From: Limisphaerales bacterium
Lineage (GTDB): Bacteria; Verrucomicrobiota; Verrucomicrobiia; Limisphaerales; SIBE01
DNA: 32,648 nucleotides
NCBI GenBank assembly: GCA_044225505.1
Contig: JBGAIN010000104.1
Coordinates: forward strand, 1 to 32,648
Direction: 5' to 3'
The notes under the pieces were generated by a model, which saw only the letters and a list, made by a program, of their open reading frames with translations, had not been told where the DNA came from and ran no database searches. This document shows positions 9,359 through 17,863 of the stretch, one piece after another (positions within the stretch are counted from its first letter, which is position 1; every line of letters begins with the position of its first letter). Both the position numbers and the translations under genes were made by a program.

Positions 9359-9808
9359 ATGAACGACCAACCCCGCCCCACTTCCGATCCCTTCCAACTC
9401 TCTCGTTTCGTGGAAGCGCAGGAGCGTGATTATGCCCGCGCTTTGGCGGAGATCCGGGCTGGGCGGAAACGTTCGCACTGGATCTGGTATATCTTCCCGC
9501 AAATTGATGGTCTTGGGTCCAGCTCCACCGCGCGGTTCTACGCCATCCAGAGCCTCGAGGAAGCGCGCGCCTATCTGGCTCATCCAATCCTTGGCCCCCG
9601 ATTGGGTGAATGTGTGGAAAGTCTGTTGGTATGCAACGACCGCTCCGCGCAGGAGATCTTTGGCTCCCCGGATGTCCTCAAAGTCCGATCGTGCGCCACC
9701 TTGTTCGCGCGGGTTTCCCCGCCAGGGTCACGGTTCCATCGTCTCCTCGAAAAGTTCTATGAAGGAGAACCTGACGAAGCCACGTTGCGCCTGCTCCGGC
9801 CCAGCTAA
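9359..9808 (+). CDS. DUF1810 family protein (Rv1873-like)
   Basis: DPFQLSRFVEAQ, ALAEIRAGRKRSHWIWYIFPQIDGLG, EARAYLAHPILGPRL, IFGSPD.LK.RSC.TLF. Start placed at ATG 9359. Confidence 0.88.
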   Translation: MNDQPRPTSDPFQLSRFVEAQERDYARALAEIRAGRKRSHWIWYIFPQIDGLGSSSTARFYAIQSLEEARAYLAHPILGPRLGECVESLLVCNDRSAQEIFGSPDVLKVRSCATLFARVSPPGSRFHRLLEKFYEGEPDEATLRLLRPS

Positions 9809-9903
9809 GGTCGCGCGCTTCCTGCGGACGGTTAGGCGCGCGCTTTTTCGTTCCGCGCACGGAATTCGTTTTGCGATCCACTCTTTCGAGAGCATCCTTC
9901 CCA

Positions 9904-11502
9904 ATGCAATTGCATTCTGGAGGAGCGGAACTGGCGAAGGTTTTCTCGTATCACGAGGCGACCAAGCACCGGTTGGAACGTTTTGCCGCTGGTCCAGGTT
10001 ATCTGAAATGGGAGGATCAGCCTAATCCATTCAGGGAATTCGCGGGCTGCGACCTCATCGCTCTGCCGCTCAACGACGGGAATGATTCTCCCACCATTAC
10101 GGAATTGTTTTCTGCAACATCTCGGACGTCTCAACCTTTGACCAGGCAGACCCTGGGCCATTTTTTCCAACATTCCCTCGCTCTTTCAGCGTGGAAGGAG
10201 ACGAACACAGCTCGGTGGTCGCTGCGCATCAATCCTTCCAGCGGCAATCTCCACCCGACCGAGGCCTATGCGCTGTTGCCGCCCTTGGAGGGGATCGGCT
10301 CTTCAAGCGGCGCTTTCCATTACTTGAGCCTGAATCATTCCCTGCAATTGCGCAGTCAATGGACGAGACCGGCCGGCAACGGCTTTTATGTGGCCTTTAC
10401 ATCGATCCCCTGGAGGGAAGCCTGGAAATACGGCGAGCGGGCGTTCCGGTATTGCCAGCATGACCTGGGGCATGCGCTGTCGGCTATCGGATTCTCCGCC
10501 GCGACGCTCGGCTGGAGAGCGACCCTGCTCGACGCTTCAGCACCATACCTGGACTGGGTGCTCGGACTCCACCCCCCGGTCCATCCGCTCGAACCAGAGA
10601 TTGCCGAGGCGCTCGTTTGGATAGAAGTGGGCGCACCGTCGTCGCTCGACAATCTGCCCAAGGTGGACTTGCCGATCGAATGGTTTGGCCAACCCAATCG
10701 TCTCAGCGCGGGCCACACCTTCTGGCCGCTCATCGCTGAGGTCGCTGCGTCAACGCGTTCGGCTGCTGCGCCTGGCTTAAAATCAGAACCTGCCTATCCC
10801 CTCTGGCCAGCCCCAAAGCCCGTCCCGTGCGCAGCGCCCGCGACCGAAATCATCCGACAGCGGCGGAGCGCTCTGAACTTCGATGAGACCACCGCACTCT
10901 CCTACGAATCTTTCGTCTCCATTCTCGACGCCACCTTGCCGCGACCTCAAGTCACGCCGTTTGATCTGTGGAAACTCCCTGTGAGCGTCCATTTGGCGCT
11001 CTTCGTCCATCGGGTCACGGGTCTCCTGCCCGGGCTCTATCTCTACGTTCGCGACCTGGGCCAATGCGATGCTTTGCACGCCGCGTTACATCCGGACTTT
11101 CTCTGGAAATGTGATCGTCCGACCGAACTCCCTCTGTTCGCGCTGAAGCTGGGCGACGTGCGAAGCATCGCCAAGTCCATTTCTTGTCACCAGGACATTG
11201 CCGCCGATGGCGCTTTCAGCCTGGGCATGGTGGCGCGGTTTGAACCGACGCTGCAACAGCGGGGGCCTCACGCGTATCGGGAGCTGTTCTGGGAGACAGG
11301 CTTGATCGGCCAGTGCCTCTACCTTGCAGCCGAAGCTGCGGGAATCCGCGCCACGGGCATTGGCTGCTTCTTCGATGACGTGATTCACGACACCTTGGGT
11401 CTGAAAGACCGTTCGTGGCAGAGCTTGTATCACTTTACGATGGGCACGCCCGTGGACGATCCCCGACTCCGCACGGCTCCGCCGTACCGCCAGGACTTGT
11501 AA
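9904..11502 (+). CDS. SagB/ThcOx-type two-domain nitroreductase-family flavoprotein
   Basis: YHEATKH, LRINPSSGNLHPTEAY, WREAWKYGERAFRYCQHDLGHA, IIRQRRSA, SCHQDIAADG, YLAAEAAGIRATGIGCFFDD. Start uncertain (9871 or 9904). Confidence 0.85.
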   Translation: MQLHSGGAELAKVFSYHEATKHRLERFAAGPGYLKWEDQPNPFREFAGCDLIALPLNDGNDSPTITELFSATSRTSQPLTRQTLGHFFQHSLALSAWKETNTARWSLRINPSSGNLHPTEAYALLPPLEGIGSSSGAFHYLSLNHSLQLRSQWTRPAGNGFYVAFTSIPWREAWKYGERAFRYCQHDLGHALSAIGFSAATLGWRATLLDASAPYLDWVLGLHPPVHPLEPEIAEALVWIEVGAPSSLDNLPKVDLPIEWFGQPNRLSAGHTFWPLIAEVAASTRSAAAPGLKSEPAYPLWPAPKPVPCAAPATEIIRQRRSALNFDETTALSYESFVSILDATLPRPQVTPFDLWKLPVSVHLALFVHRVTGLLPGLYLYVRDLGQCDALHAALHPDFLWKCDRPTELPLFALKLGDVRSIAKSISCHQDIAADGAFSLGMVARFEPTLQQRGPHAYRELFWETGLIGQCLYLAAEAAGIRATGIGCFFDDVIHDTLGLKDRSWQSLYHFTMGTPVDDPRLRTAPPYRQDL

Positions 11503-11526
11503 GGAAACAGCCCTCATGGCGACGCA
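11498..11526 (+). promoter_or_regulatory. Putative ECF-sigma-type promoter TGTAAG-N16-CGACGCA upstream of the gluconolactonase gene
   Basis: TGTAAG 11498-11503 overlaps the stop codon of the upstream gene; CGAC 11520-11523; ATG at 11548. Confidence 0.45.
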
Positions 11527-11547
11527 TCCCTGTTGCATCGTCCATCT

Positions 11548-13227
11548 ATGAAATTGCACCTCACTTCTCCCGTCTTGTTTCTCGGCTTGTTCTCGTTACT
11601 GGCAGCCGTTGCAGAACTCCGAGCAGAGCATACTCCACGTGCCACCCTGCCCGACGCGGTGGTCGATCTGCGGACTTCGACCAGCGCCAGCCATGTTCAG
11701 GCGCAATGGCGCTATGCTGATACCTCGATCCAGGAAATCGCGCATCGTGACGTCGGCTCCGATCTCAAAGCAACCGGACCCGACAACCGAACCTACGATT
11801 TCACGCCCGACGCGCGCGCCCAGGATTTCGATGATCGTGCTTGGCCGGTGATTCCCCCCGAATCCTTGGAAACCCGCCGCGGCCACGGACGGCTCTCCTT
11901 CAATTGGTATCGGCTTAACGTGACTATCCCAGAAAAGGTGGGTAGCTTTGCGACTGCCGGTGCGACCGTAATCTTCGAAATCGTCGTCGACGATTACGCC
12001 GAGGTTTGGGTTAACGGCGAGGCGCCGTTCGTGCTTGGACAGAGCGGAGGCGCTGTGGCTGCAGGCTGGAACGCCCCGAATCGAGTCGTGCTCACGCGCG
12101 ATGCCAAGGCTCAACAACAGTTTCACATCGCCATCCTCGGCATCAACGGTCCCATCTCTACTCATCCCGACACTTACATTTGGGTCCGCAGCGCGACGCT
12201 GGATTTTTACTCGCCGGGCAAATTGAGCCACGCCCGCGAAGTAGCGTTGCGCGTTGAACGTCACGATCCGGAACTCGACACGATCCTCCCCCCGCAACCG
12301 AAGCTGGAGAAGCTGGCGGACGGGTTTGCGTTCACGGAAGGACCGGTTTGGGTTCCAAGCGGATCTGCGTCTTTTGGTCGAGTAGGCGCGGACGGATTCC
12401 TTTTGTTTAGTGATCCGAATAACAACATCATCTACCGCATGACGGCCGACGGTGAGGTTGCTGTCTTCATGCCCAAATCCGGGTATGCCGGTGAGAACGT
12501 CCGCGAGTACGGCCAGCCCGGATCCAATGGACTCACGCTCGATGCCGAAGGGCGGTTGACCTTGTGTCAGCATGGTAACCGCCGCGTCCTCCGTATTGAA
12601 AAGAACGGGCTGACCACCCCCCTCGCGGATCGCCATGAAGGAAAACGCCTAAACTCGCCGAACGACCTCGTTTACCGCAGCGACGGAAGCCTCTTCTTCA
12701 CGGATCCTCCTTTCGGCCTCCCCCAATTGGGCCAGGACCCTCGGCGGGAGTTGTCCTACGCAGGCGTCTATTCCATTCGAAACGGTAAGCTCCAGCTCCT
12801 GACCACCGAATTTAACGGCCCGAACGGACTTGCCTTTGCTCCGGACGAAAAGTTCCTCTACATCGGCAATTGGGATGAAAAGCGCAAAGTCGTCCATCGT
12901 TATCCGGTGAATCCTGACGCCACCTTGGGCCGTGGCCAACTGTTTTTCGACATGACCAACGCCCTGGGCGACGACGCGATCGACGGCATCAAGGTGGATC
13001 AACGCGGCAACGTCTATGTCAGCGGACCTGGCGGACTTTGGATTCTCTCCCCCGAGGGAAAACACTTGGGCACATTGCGTGGCCCGGAGCACCCGCACAA
13101 TATGGCCTGGGGCGATGCAGATGGCCAAACCCTCTACCTCGCCGCACAAACCGGCATTTATCGACTCCGCTTGCAGGTTCGAGGTGCGGGCGCGTTGGCC
13201 CAGACCACCGTGATGGCCAGGAAGTGA
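11548..13227 (+). CDS. Secreted SMP-30/gluconolactonase/LRE family protein with an N-terminal galactose-binding-like domain
   Basis: Signal peptide (MKLHLTSPVLFLGLFSLLAAVA). N-domain with WYR...VVDDYAEVWVNG. C-domain with FTEGPVW, GSNGLTLD, LNSPNDL, PNGLAF, DGIKVD. Confidence 0.88.
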   Translation: MKLHLTSPVLFLGLFSLLAAVAELRAEHTPRATLPDAVVDLRTSTSASHVQAQWRYADTSIQEIAHRDVGSDLKATGPDNRTYDFTPDARAQDFDDRAWPVIPPESLETRRGHGRLSFNWYRLNVTIPEKVGSFATAGATVIFEIVVDDYAEVWVNGEAPFVLGQSGGAVAAGWNAPNRVVLTRDAKAQQQFHIAILGINGPISTHPDTYIWVRSATLDFYSPGKLSHAREVALRVERHDPELDTILPPQPKLEKLADGFAFTEGPVWVPSGSASFGRVGADGFLLFSDPNNNIIYRMTADGEVAVFMPKSGYAGENVREYGQPGSNGLTLDAEGRLTLCQHGNRRVLRIEKNGLTTPLADRHEGKRLNSPNDLVYRSDGSLFFTDPPFGLPQLGQDPRRELSYAGVYSIRNGKLQLLTTEFNGPNGLAFAPDEKFLYIGNWDEKRKVVHRYPVNPDATLGRGQLFFDMTNALGDDAIDGIKVDQRGNVYVSGPGGLWILSPEGKHLGTLRGPEHPHNMAWGDADGQTLYLAAQTGIYRLRLQVRGAGALAQTTVMARK

Positions 13228-13537
13228 CGCCGGGCTGTTAGCCGACGTTCCGGTGTCCCAGTTTAATCTCGACCGATCGTGCGGATTTGCCGCGCACCAC
13301 CGGATCCCAATGGGCAAGAGACTGGTCTAATCGCGGAGTTCGTGTCTTAGGCAGAAAGGCTTGACCTTTTTTGTAATACATAAACTATGGCACGTCGCCA
13401 GGTTCTACCAGCCAACGCGCAGCGCGGGCCAGAGGGCGCGGAGAATCTGCTAGGGCGCCCCATAGGCCCTTTCCCTCCGTGTAAGTTCCGGAACTCAGCC
13501 TACAGAATGGGGGGAAATTCAGTATCCTTCCGCTCAC

Positions 13538-13592
13538 ACAGTATGATTACAGTATGGTTTGACTATGTTTTTACTATGGTTTGATTATTATT
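13538..13592. repeat. Five tandem degenerate AT-rich 11-bp repeats
   Basis: acagtatgatt / acagtatggtt / tgactatgttt / ttactatggtt / tgattattatt; the TAT(G) core recurs at 13542, 13553, 13564, 13575, 13586. Confidence 0.7.
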
Positions 13593-13621
13593 TCTTAGTT
13601 AAACCATCGTTACTCATTACT

Positions 13622-13630
13622 TTATCCACA
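13622..13630 (+). promoter_or_regulatory. Consensus DnaA box TTATCCACA
   Basis: Exact 9-mer at the edge of an AT-rich island, followed by G-TAT-TAC-TGC. Confidence 0.5.
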
Positions 13631-13805
13631 GTATTACTGCGAATGTCGAACGAACGTGCGTCAGCTGTGATTCCACTGAGGGCAACCAAAGACCAAGGAG
13701 CGTCGCCCCCATGGCTTTGCGGACGCTGGATGTTAGGTCGACGAAGCAGATCAGAAGGCGGTGGCGTCCTCGGAAGCTTCTCTCCCGTAGTTATTTAAGA
13801 GTCTC

Positions 13806-14915
13806 TTAGAGCGGACCGTAGAGATGCACAGCGAACGGATCGAAGTGATCCTCCAACCAACGCTCCACGACCGGAACCGCTCGGTTTTCGTCAACCACCC
13901 GGACCTGCGCTCTGGTTTGTGGTGGGAGCGAGATCCGATAACGCAGCGGAGTTTCGGTGTTATTAATTGTTAGCAAATAAAGACCGTTCGGGAAGGCGGC
14001 GTTCCCATGCGTTACACGAAACAAGGCCGGCGTCACCTTACTTTCCAGGGCGGCGTTGAAACCGGTAGCGCTTCCCGGGAATTCGTGCTCGAACGCCCAC
14101 CAAACAGGCTCCGCCTCGAGGAATGGATGCCGGTGATTTAGTTCTGAAACGACGGTCTTAACCGCGTCCCACACTTCTGGATGCTCCCGAACGTTCCAGG
14201 TTCCATCGTTATAGCAGTAAAAGAAAATGCCGTTCGCACCGCGAGCGAGCGCGCAGTACGTCATACAGCGCAACTCAGCATAAGTGGGTGGACGCAAGTT
14301 CTTGGCCTCCGGCGCCAGATCTGGGTAGGAAGCCCAATCGAACGCTTGCACGACGGCGATCAAGGGCTTCGCGCGGCCAGCCGCGAACCGTGCCAAGCGG
14401 ACATGCTGAGGGAAGTTCGCCAAAGGGAGCCAAGGAATTGGGTAACGGTCGATCATCAAAATGTCGACGGCGGGGGCGTAGGCAGGGGCGTCTGAGCCTT
14501 GGAAGAGCGCCAAAGCGATGGGCTTTCGAGCCGGAATCGTTTTCAGGAAACGTTGGGCAGATCGTACGGCCTCTGGCGAGATATGGTTCAAATCGGGTTC
14601 GTCCACTAAGTACCAGGCCCAGAGAGCGGGATGGTTATCCCAGCGGTGCACCGCCTTCCTGGCTCGCATGGCCGAAAAGCCAGGGCCAGCCTCGGAACCG
14701 AGTCGCGCCAGGACGCCGAGCCCAAGTCGCTGCGCCGAATCGAGGTAGGCCTGCTGTGCCGGCCCGACGATGAGATTGAATCCAGCGTCTCGCACCACCG
14801 CTTGTTCGTTCGTGGTGTTGACACCGTAAATGCCGATTGGAAATTGGGGACGGGAACTATGCTGGCATCCAGCGATCACCAGGAGGAGGAAACCGCCGAA
14901 TGCGGCGCTGCGCAT
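13806..14915 (-). CDS. Putative lipoprotein with a glycoside-hydrolase-like (TIM barrel) domain
   Basis: Lipobox-like signal (MRSAAFGGFLLLVIAG-C), FPIGIY, HPALWAWYLVDEPD, DILMIDRYP, ELRCMTYCALARGANGIFFY. Start placed at ATG 14915 (the ORF extends to 14954). Confidence 0.65.
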   Translation of the reverse strand: MRSAAFGGFLLLVIAGCQHSSRPQFPIGIYGVNTTNEQAVVRDAGFNLIVGPAQQAYLDSAQRLGLGVLARLGSEAGPGFSAMRARKAVHRWDNHPALWAWYLVDEPDLNHISPEAVRSAQRFLKTIPARKPIALALFQGSDAPAYAPAVDILMIDRYPIPWLPLANFPQHVRLARFAAGRAKPLIAVVQAFDWASYPDLAPEAKNLRPPTYAELRCMTYCALARGANGIFFYCYNDGTWNVREHPEVWDAVKTVVSELNHRHPFLEAEPVWWAFEHEFPGSATGFNAALESKVTPALFRVTHGNAAFPNGLYLLTINNTETPLRYRISLPPQTRAQVRVVDENRAVPVVERWLEDHFDPFAVHLYGPL

Positions 14916-15019
14916 CCCTCGGAACAGTCTGATCAATCTTGCACGCGTTAGCACGAGCTGCCGATTTCGAGTTTAAGCGATGGGCCAGGAAAACCGGTTT
15001 CGGCAGCGCACTGGAGGCC

Positions 15020-16711
15020 TTAGGCAGATAAATCCAGGGGGCGCCTCGCGAGGGTCGAAAGAATCGCCAGCAAAAGGATGAACGTCATCAATAGGGAGTA
15101 GACTTGGAATGGAAAATCGAACTTGGCATGCAGTAACGCGCCTCCAACCGACACCCAGATCATCGCGGCAAAATCCCAGCTCGCTGGAATTCCTCGTCCG
15201 CCAAACCATTTGGCAACGGCTAGCCCGAGGACTGCCAGGAGCGCACTGAACCCGACCCAGCCGAAGGTGATGCGCGTTTCGAGCCAATCGTCATGGACAT
15301 AAGCAGCCCATTCCTGCCCGACGTCCGTCCGGTAGAGTTGGTACAAGGCCCCGAAGCTTCCCGGGCCCGTGCCAAACACGGGAAAATCGCGCGCGATCGG
15401 CACCGCATTCGCGTAGATCTCCGTCCGGCGACTCATCTGGTCGGTAAAGATCGTCTGCATTCGATGAGCCAAATCCTTGAGACCCAGAAAGGCAGAAAAG
15501 GCAAGGATGACAAGGAAGAGCGAGCAGGTTCCCAGGCGAAATCCCAGACTTTCGCGACGTGCGATCCAAAGGAGCATGCCCATGGTAATCAGAATGATGC
15601 CCACAGCAATCAACGCACCGCCACGACTGGTGGAGACGATGGGACAGGCCGCCATGAGCACAGCGCCGGGGAGCAGAACGATGTGGCTGCCCGAGCCCAA
15701 GCGATGTCCGGATCGAAGCGAAGGCTTGGCCGAACGCCTTAACACCAACCAGAACCCCAAGCAGACCGGCCAGATTAGATTGAAGTAAGTCGCTGCATTG
15801 GCGCGGTAAGCGTAAGGCCCAAATTGTTCCGGAGCGGTCGTGTTGAAGTGCGGAACAGCTAACCAGAGCAGCTTGTTCGTCCCGCTCAAGCGCTGCAAAA
15901 TGGATTCAAGGGCAAGCACCGCGCCATTGATACAGAACACCCACAACAGGAGCCGCAATCGAAAGGGCAGTTCGGAAGTCCCGGGCTCGGCCGCAAGAGC
16001 TGGCCCCGGCCCGACCCCAGGAATAGCGATGACAGGCGCTATACTGGACTCGCGGCGCAAGGCGGATCCACTCTCCGAGGAATCATCCGAACGACGAGTG
16101 CGACGGCGCTCTCGGCTGGTTTTAGTCAGCAGCCAGTCGCGGGTCGCCCAAAAGAAACAGGCCAATCCGAGATACATCCAGAGGCAAAACCAAGTGCTGG
16201 ACCGGTCATAGCTATGAGGAAGCCAGGAGATGCAATCCCGGTATTCAAATCGTCGCTGCCATTCGATGTAGATCGCGCGGGCATTAAGCGCGCTGACAAG
16301 GATGTAGAGCAAGACAAAGACTGTTAGCACGGCCATACCGATGACAAGGGGATCGCGGCGCCAGCGGTTTAAATTGAATAGTTCTGGCTCGCCGGATTCT
16401 GAGGCCGTTCCCCAGTAGGCCGGCCGAAAACCCGTCTGTTGTCGCAGGAACCGCTTCCCGATCCATAATAGGCCCAGCGCGTACGCGGCGATGTTCATCG
16501 TCCAGATGGACCAATCTTCGGTGCTGCCAAAGGCCCAGGGTGCGAACACCATCATAAAAAGGATTAGCGCCCCGGTAATTCCGTCGGCCCAAGTCAGGGT
16601 CTTAGGCGTTCGCGTCCGCGAGTGCCCAGACGAATGCGGCGCCGGAAAGCTCGCTTCGCCAGTGCGGACCACGGGGCGTTGACCCCCTGAACGTCTGTCG
16701 AACGGTTCCAT
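15020..16711 (-). CDS. O-antigen ligase (Wzy_C/WaaL) family membrane protein
   Basis: Multiple TM segments, FGPYAYRAN, STSRGG, FPVFGTGPGSF, AYVHDDWLE, LLHAKFDFPFQ. Start uncertain (16711 or 16738). Confidence 0.82.
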   Translation of the reverse strand: MEPFDRRSGGQRPVVRTGEASFPAPHSSGHSRTRTPKTLTWADGITGALILFMMVFAPWAFGSTEDWSIWTMNIAAYALGLLWIGKRFLRQQTGFRPAYWGTASESGEPELFNLNRWRRDPLVIGMAVLTVFVLLYILVSALNARAIYIEWQRRFEYRDCISWLPHSYDRSSTWFCLWMYLGLACFFWATRDWLLTKTSRERRRTRRSDDSSESGSALRRESSIAPVIAIPGVGPGPALAAEPGTSELPFRLRLLLWVFCINGAVLALESILQRLSGTNKLLWLAVPHFNTTAPEQFGPYAYRANAATYFNLIWPVCLGFWLVLRRSAKPSLRSGHRLGSGSHIVLLPGAVLMAACPIVSTSRGGALIAVGIILITMGMLLWIARRESLGFRLGTCSLFLVILAFSAFLGLKDLAHRMQTIFTDQMSRRTEIYANAVPIARDFPVFGTGPGSFGALYQLYRTDVGQEWAAYVHDDWLETRITFGWVGFSALLAVLGLAVAKWFGGRGIPASWDFAAMIWVSVGGALLHAKFDFPFQVYSLLMTFILLLAILSTLARRPLDLSA

Positions 16712-17061
16712 TTGGGTCGGATTGAAGCGGAAAGGCAATCGGTTTCAAAGCTTTTGTTCACAAGGCCGAGAATCAGATTGCGTCCCAGCCCGGAGGCCCG
16801 GCGTGAGGCGGAGGGGAATCCGACGCGGTCCAAAGCGACCCCTCCCCGCCGCCGCCATTCAGATACGGTTGCTTTTGCTTGGCAGTAAGACCGTAAATAC
16901 TCCGAGCCGACCGAGCTCAACCCGAACTGAAGATCGGCCTGGGCACGGGATCATTTTTCTTTACGGGTCGATTGGTTGCGCGCAAAGTCCAACCGAAAAT
17001 TAGGCGAGACGACGAAGGTGAGGGGGATCGCTCGCAACGCGCGTCGAGGAAACGTTGGATT

Positions 17062-17730
17062 ATGATATCGGCACTCACTGGATTGGTTGCGGGTCTGGTC
17101 CACGTTTTGTCCGGACCGGATCATTTGGCAGCCCTGGCGCCCCTGACGGTCGACCGGCCGGCCCGGGCGATACGGGTAGGAATCCAGTGGGCGATTGGAC
17201 ACTCCTTTGGAGTGGCGCTGATCGGGATTGCCTCGTTTCTCCTACGGGAACTAATTCCCTTGGATTCAACCTCAGCGTATAGCGAACGTATTGTTGGGGT
17301 TTTGCTGATTGGAATTGGGCTGTGGAGTTTGAAGAAGGCATTTGCCACGCGCATCCACGCTCACGCTCATGCGCATGATGGAGAGCATCATACCCATATT
17401 CACGTGCATCGTTCGGGACATCAGCACGCCGAAGAGCCAGTCCATTTTCATTCGCACGCGGCCCTCGGAATTGGGACCTTGCATGGATTGGCTGGGGGCT
17501 CGCATTTGATTGGGGTGCTCCCCGCGCTATGGCTTCCATCCCGATGGAGTGCCGCGGCGTATTTGATCTGCTTTGGGATAGGGACGCTCGGAGGGATTGG
17601 GCTGTTCTCGTCGGTATTGGGCCTATTCGCCGGCCGTTTCGGCGGACAAGGAGCTCGCACTTACCGGTATCTTATGAGCGGCTGTGGGCTGGCTGCCGTT
17701 GCCATCGGCAGCGCTTGGCTAATTATGTAG
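17062..17730 (+). CDS. His-rich nickel/cobalt transporter (UreH/NiCoT-like, TauE/DsbD_2 superfamily)
   Basis: GLVHVLSGPDHLAAL, WAIGHS, central HAHAHAHDGEHHTHIHVH...H loop, GTLHGLAG.SH. Start placed at ATG 17062. Confidence 0.82.
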   Translation: MISALTGLVAGLVHVLSGPDHLAALAPLTVDRPARAIRVGIQWAIGHSFGVALIGIASFLLRELIPLDSTSAYSERIVGVLLIGIGLWSLKKAFATRIHAHAHAHDGEHHTHIHVHRSGHQHAEEPVHFHSHAALGIGTLHGLAGGSHLIGVLPALWLPSRWSAAAYLICFGIGTLGGIGLFSSVLGLFAGRFGGQGARTYRYLMSGCGLAAVAIGSAWLIM

Positions 17731-17863
17731 ATAACGGGTAGCGCAAAAAGTGAAAAAGAAAGGTAACCAGCAGTCCGAACCAAGGGTCTCCCCGGAGCCA
17801 GGCAACAGCGTTGCCATGACGAGGGTGGGAGCAACCCCCTAGCTGCCGGTTACAAAAAACTTG

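Noticed and set aside
13538..13592. CRISPR array or dif site
   Set aside because: The repeats are 11 bp with no spacers and no cas genes; there is no convincing XerC/XerD 11-6-11 match.
13387..13798. Small ORFs 13387..13584 and 13559..13798
   Set aside because: No recognisable motifs or RBS, and they run through the AT-rich repeats. The upstream TTGACC...TAAACT has only 14-nt spacing.
17760..17850. NiCo riboswitch near the nickel transporter
   Set aside because: Only a GCAACAG word matches, it is part of a simple GGCAAC/GTTGCC hairpin, and it lies downstream of the transporter.
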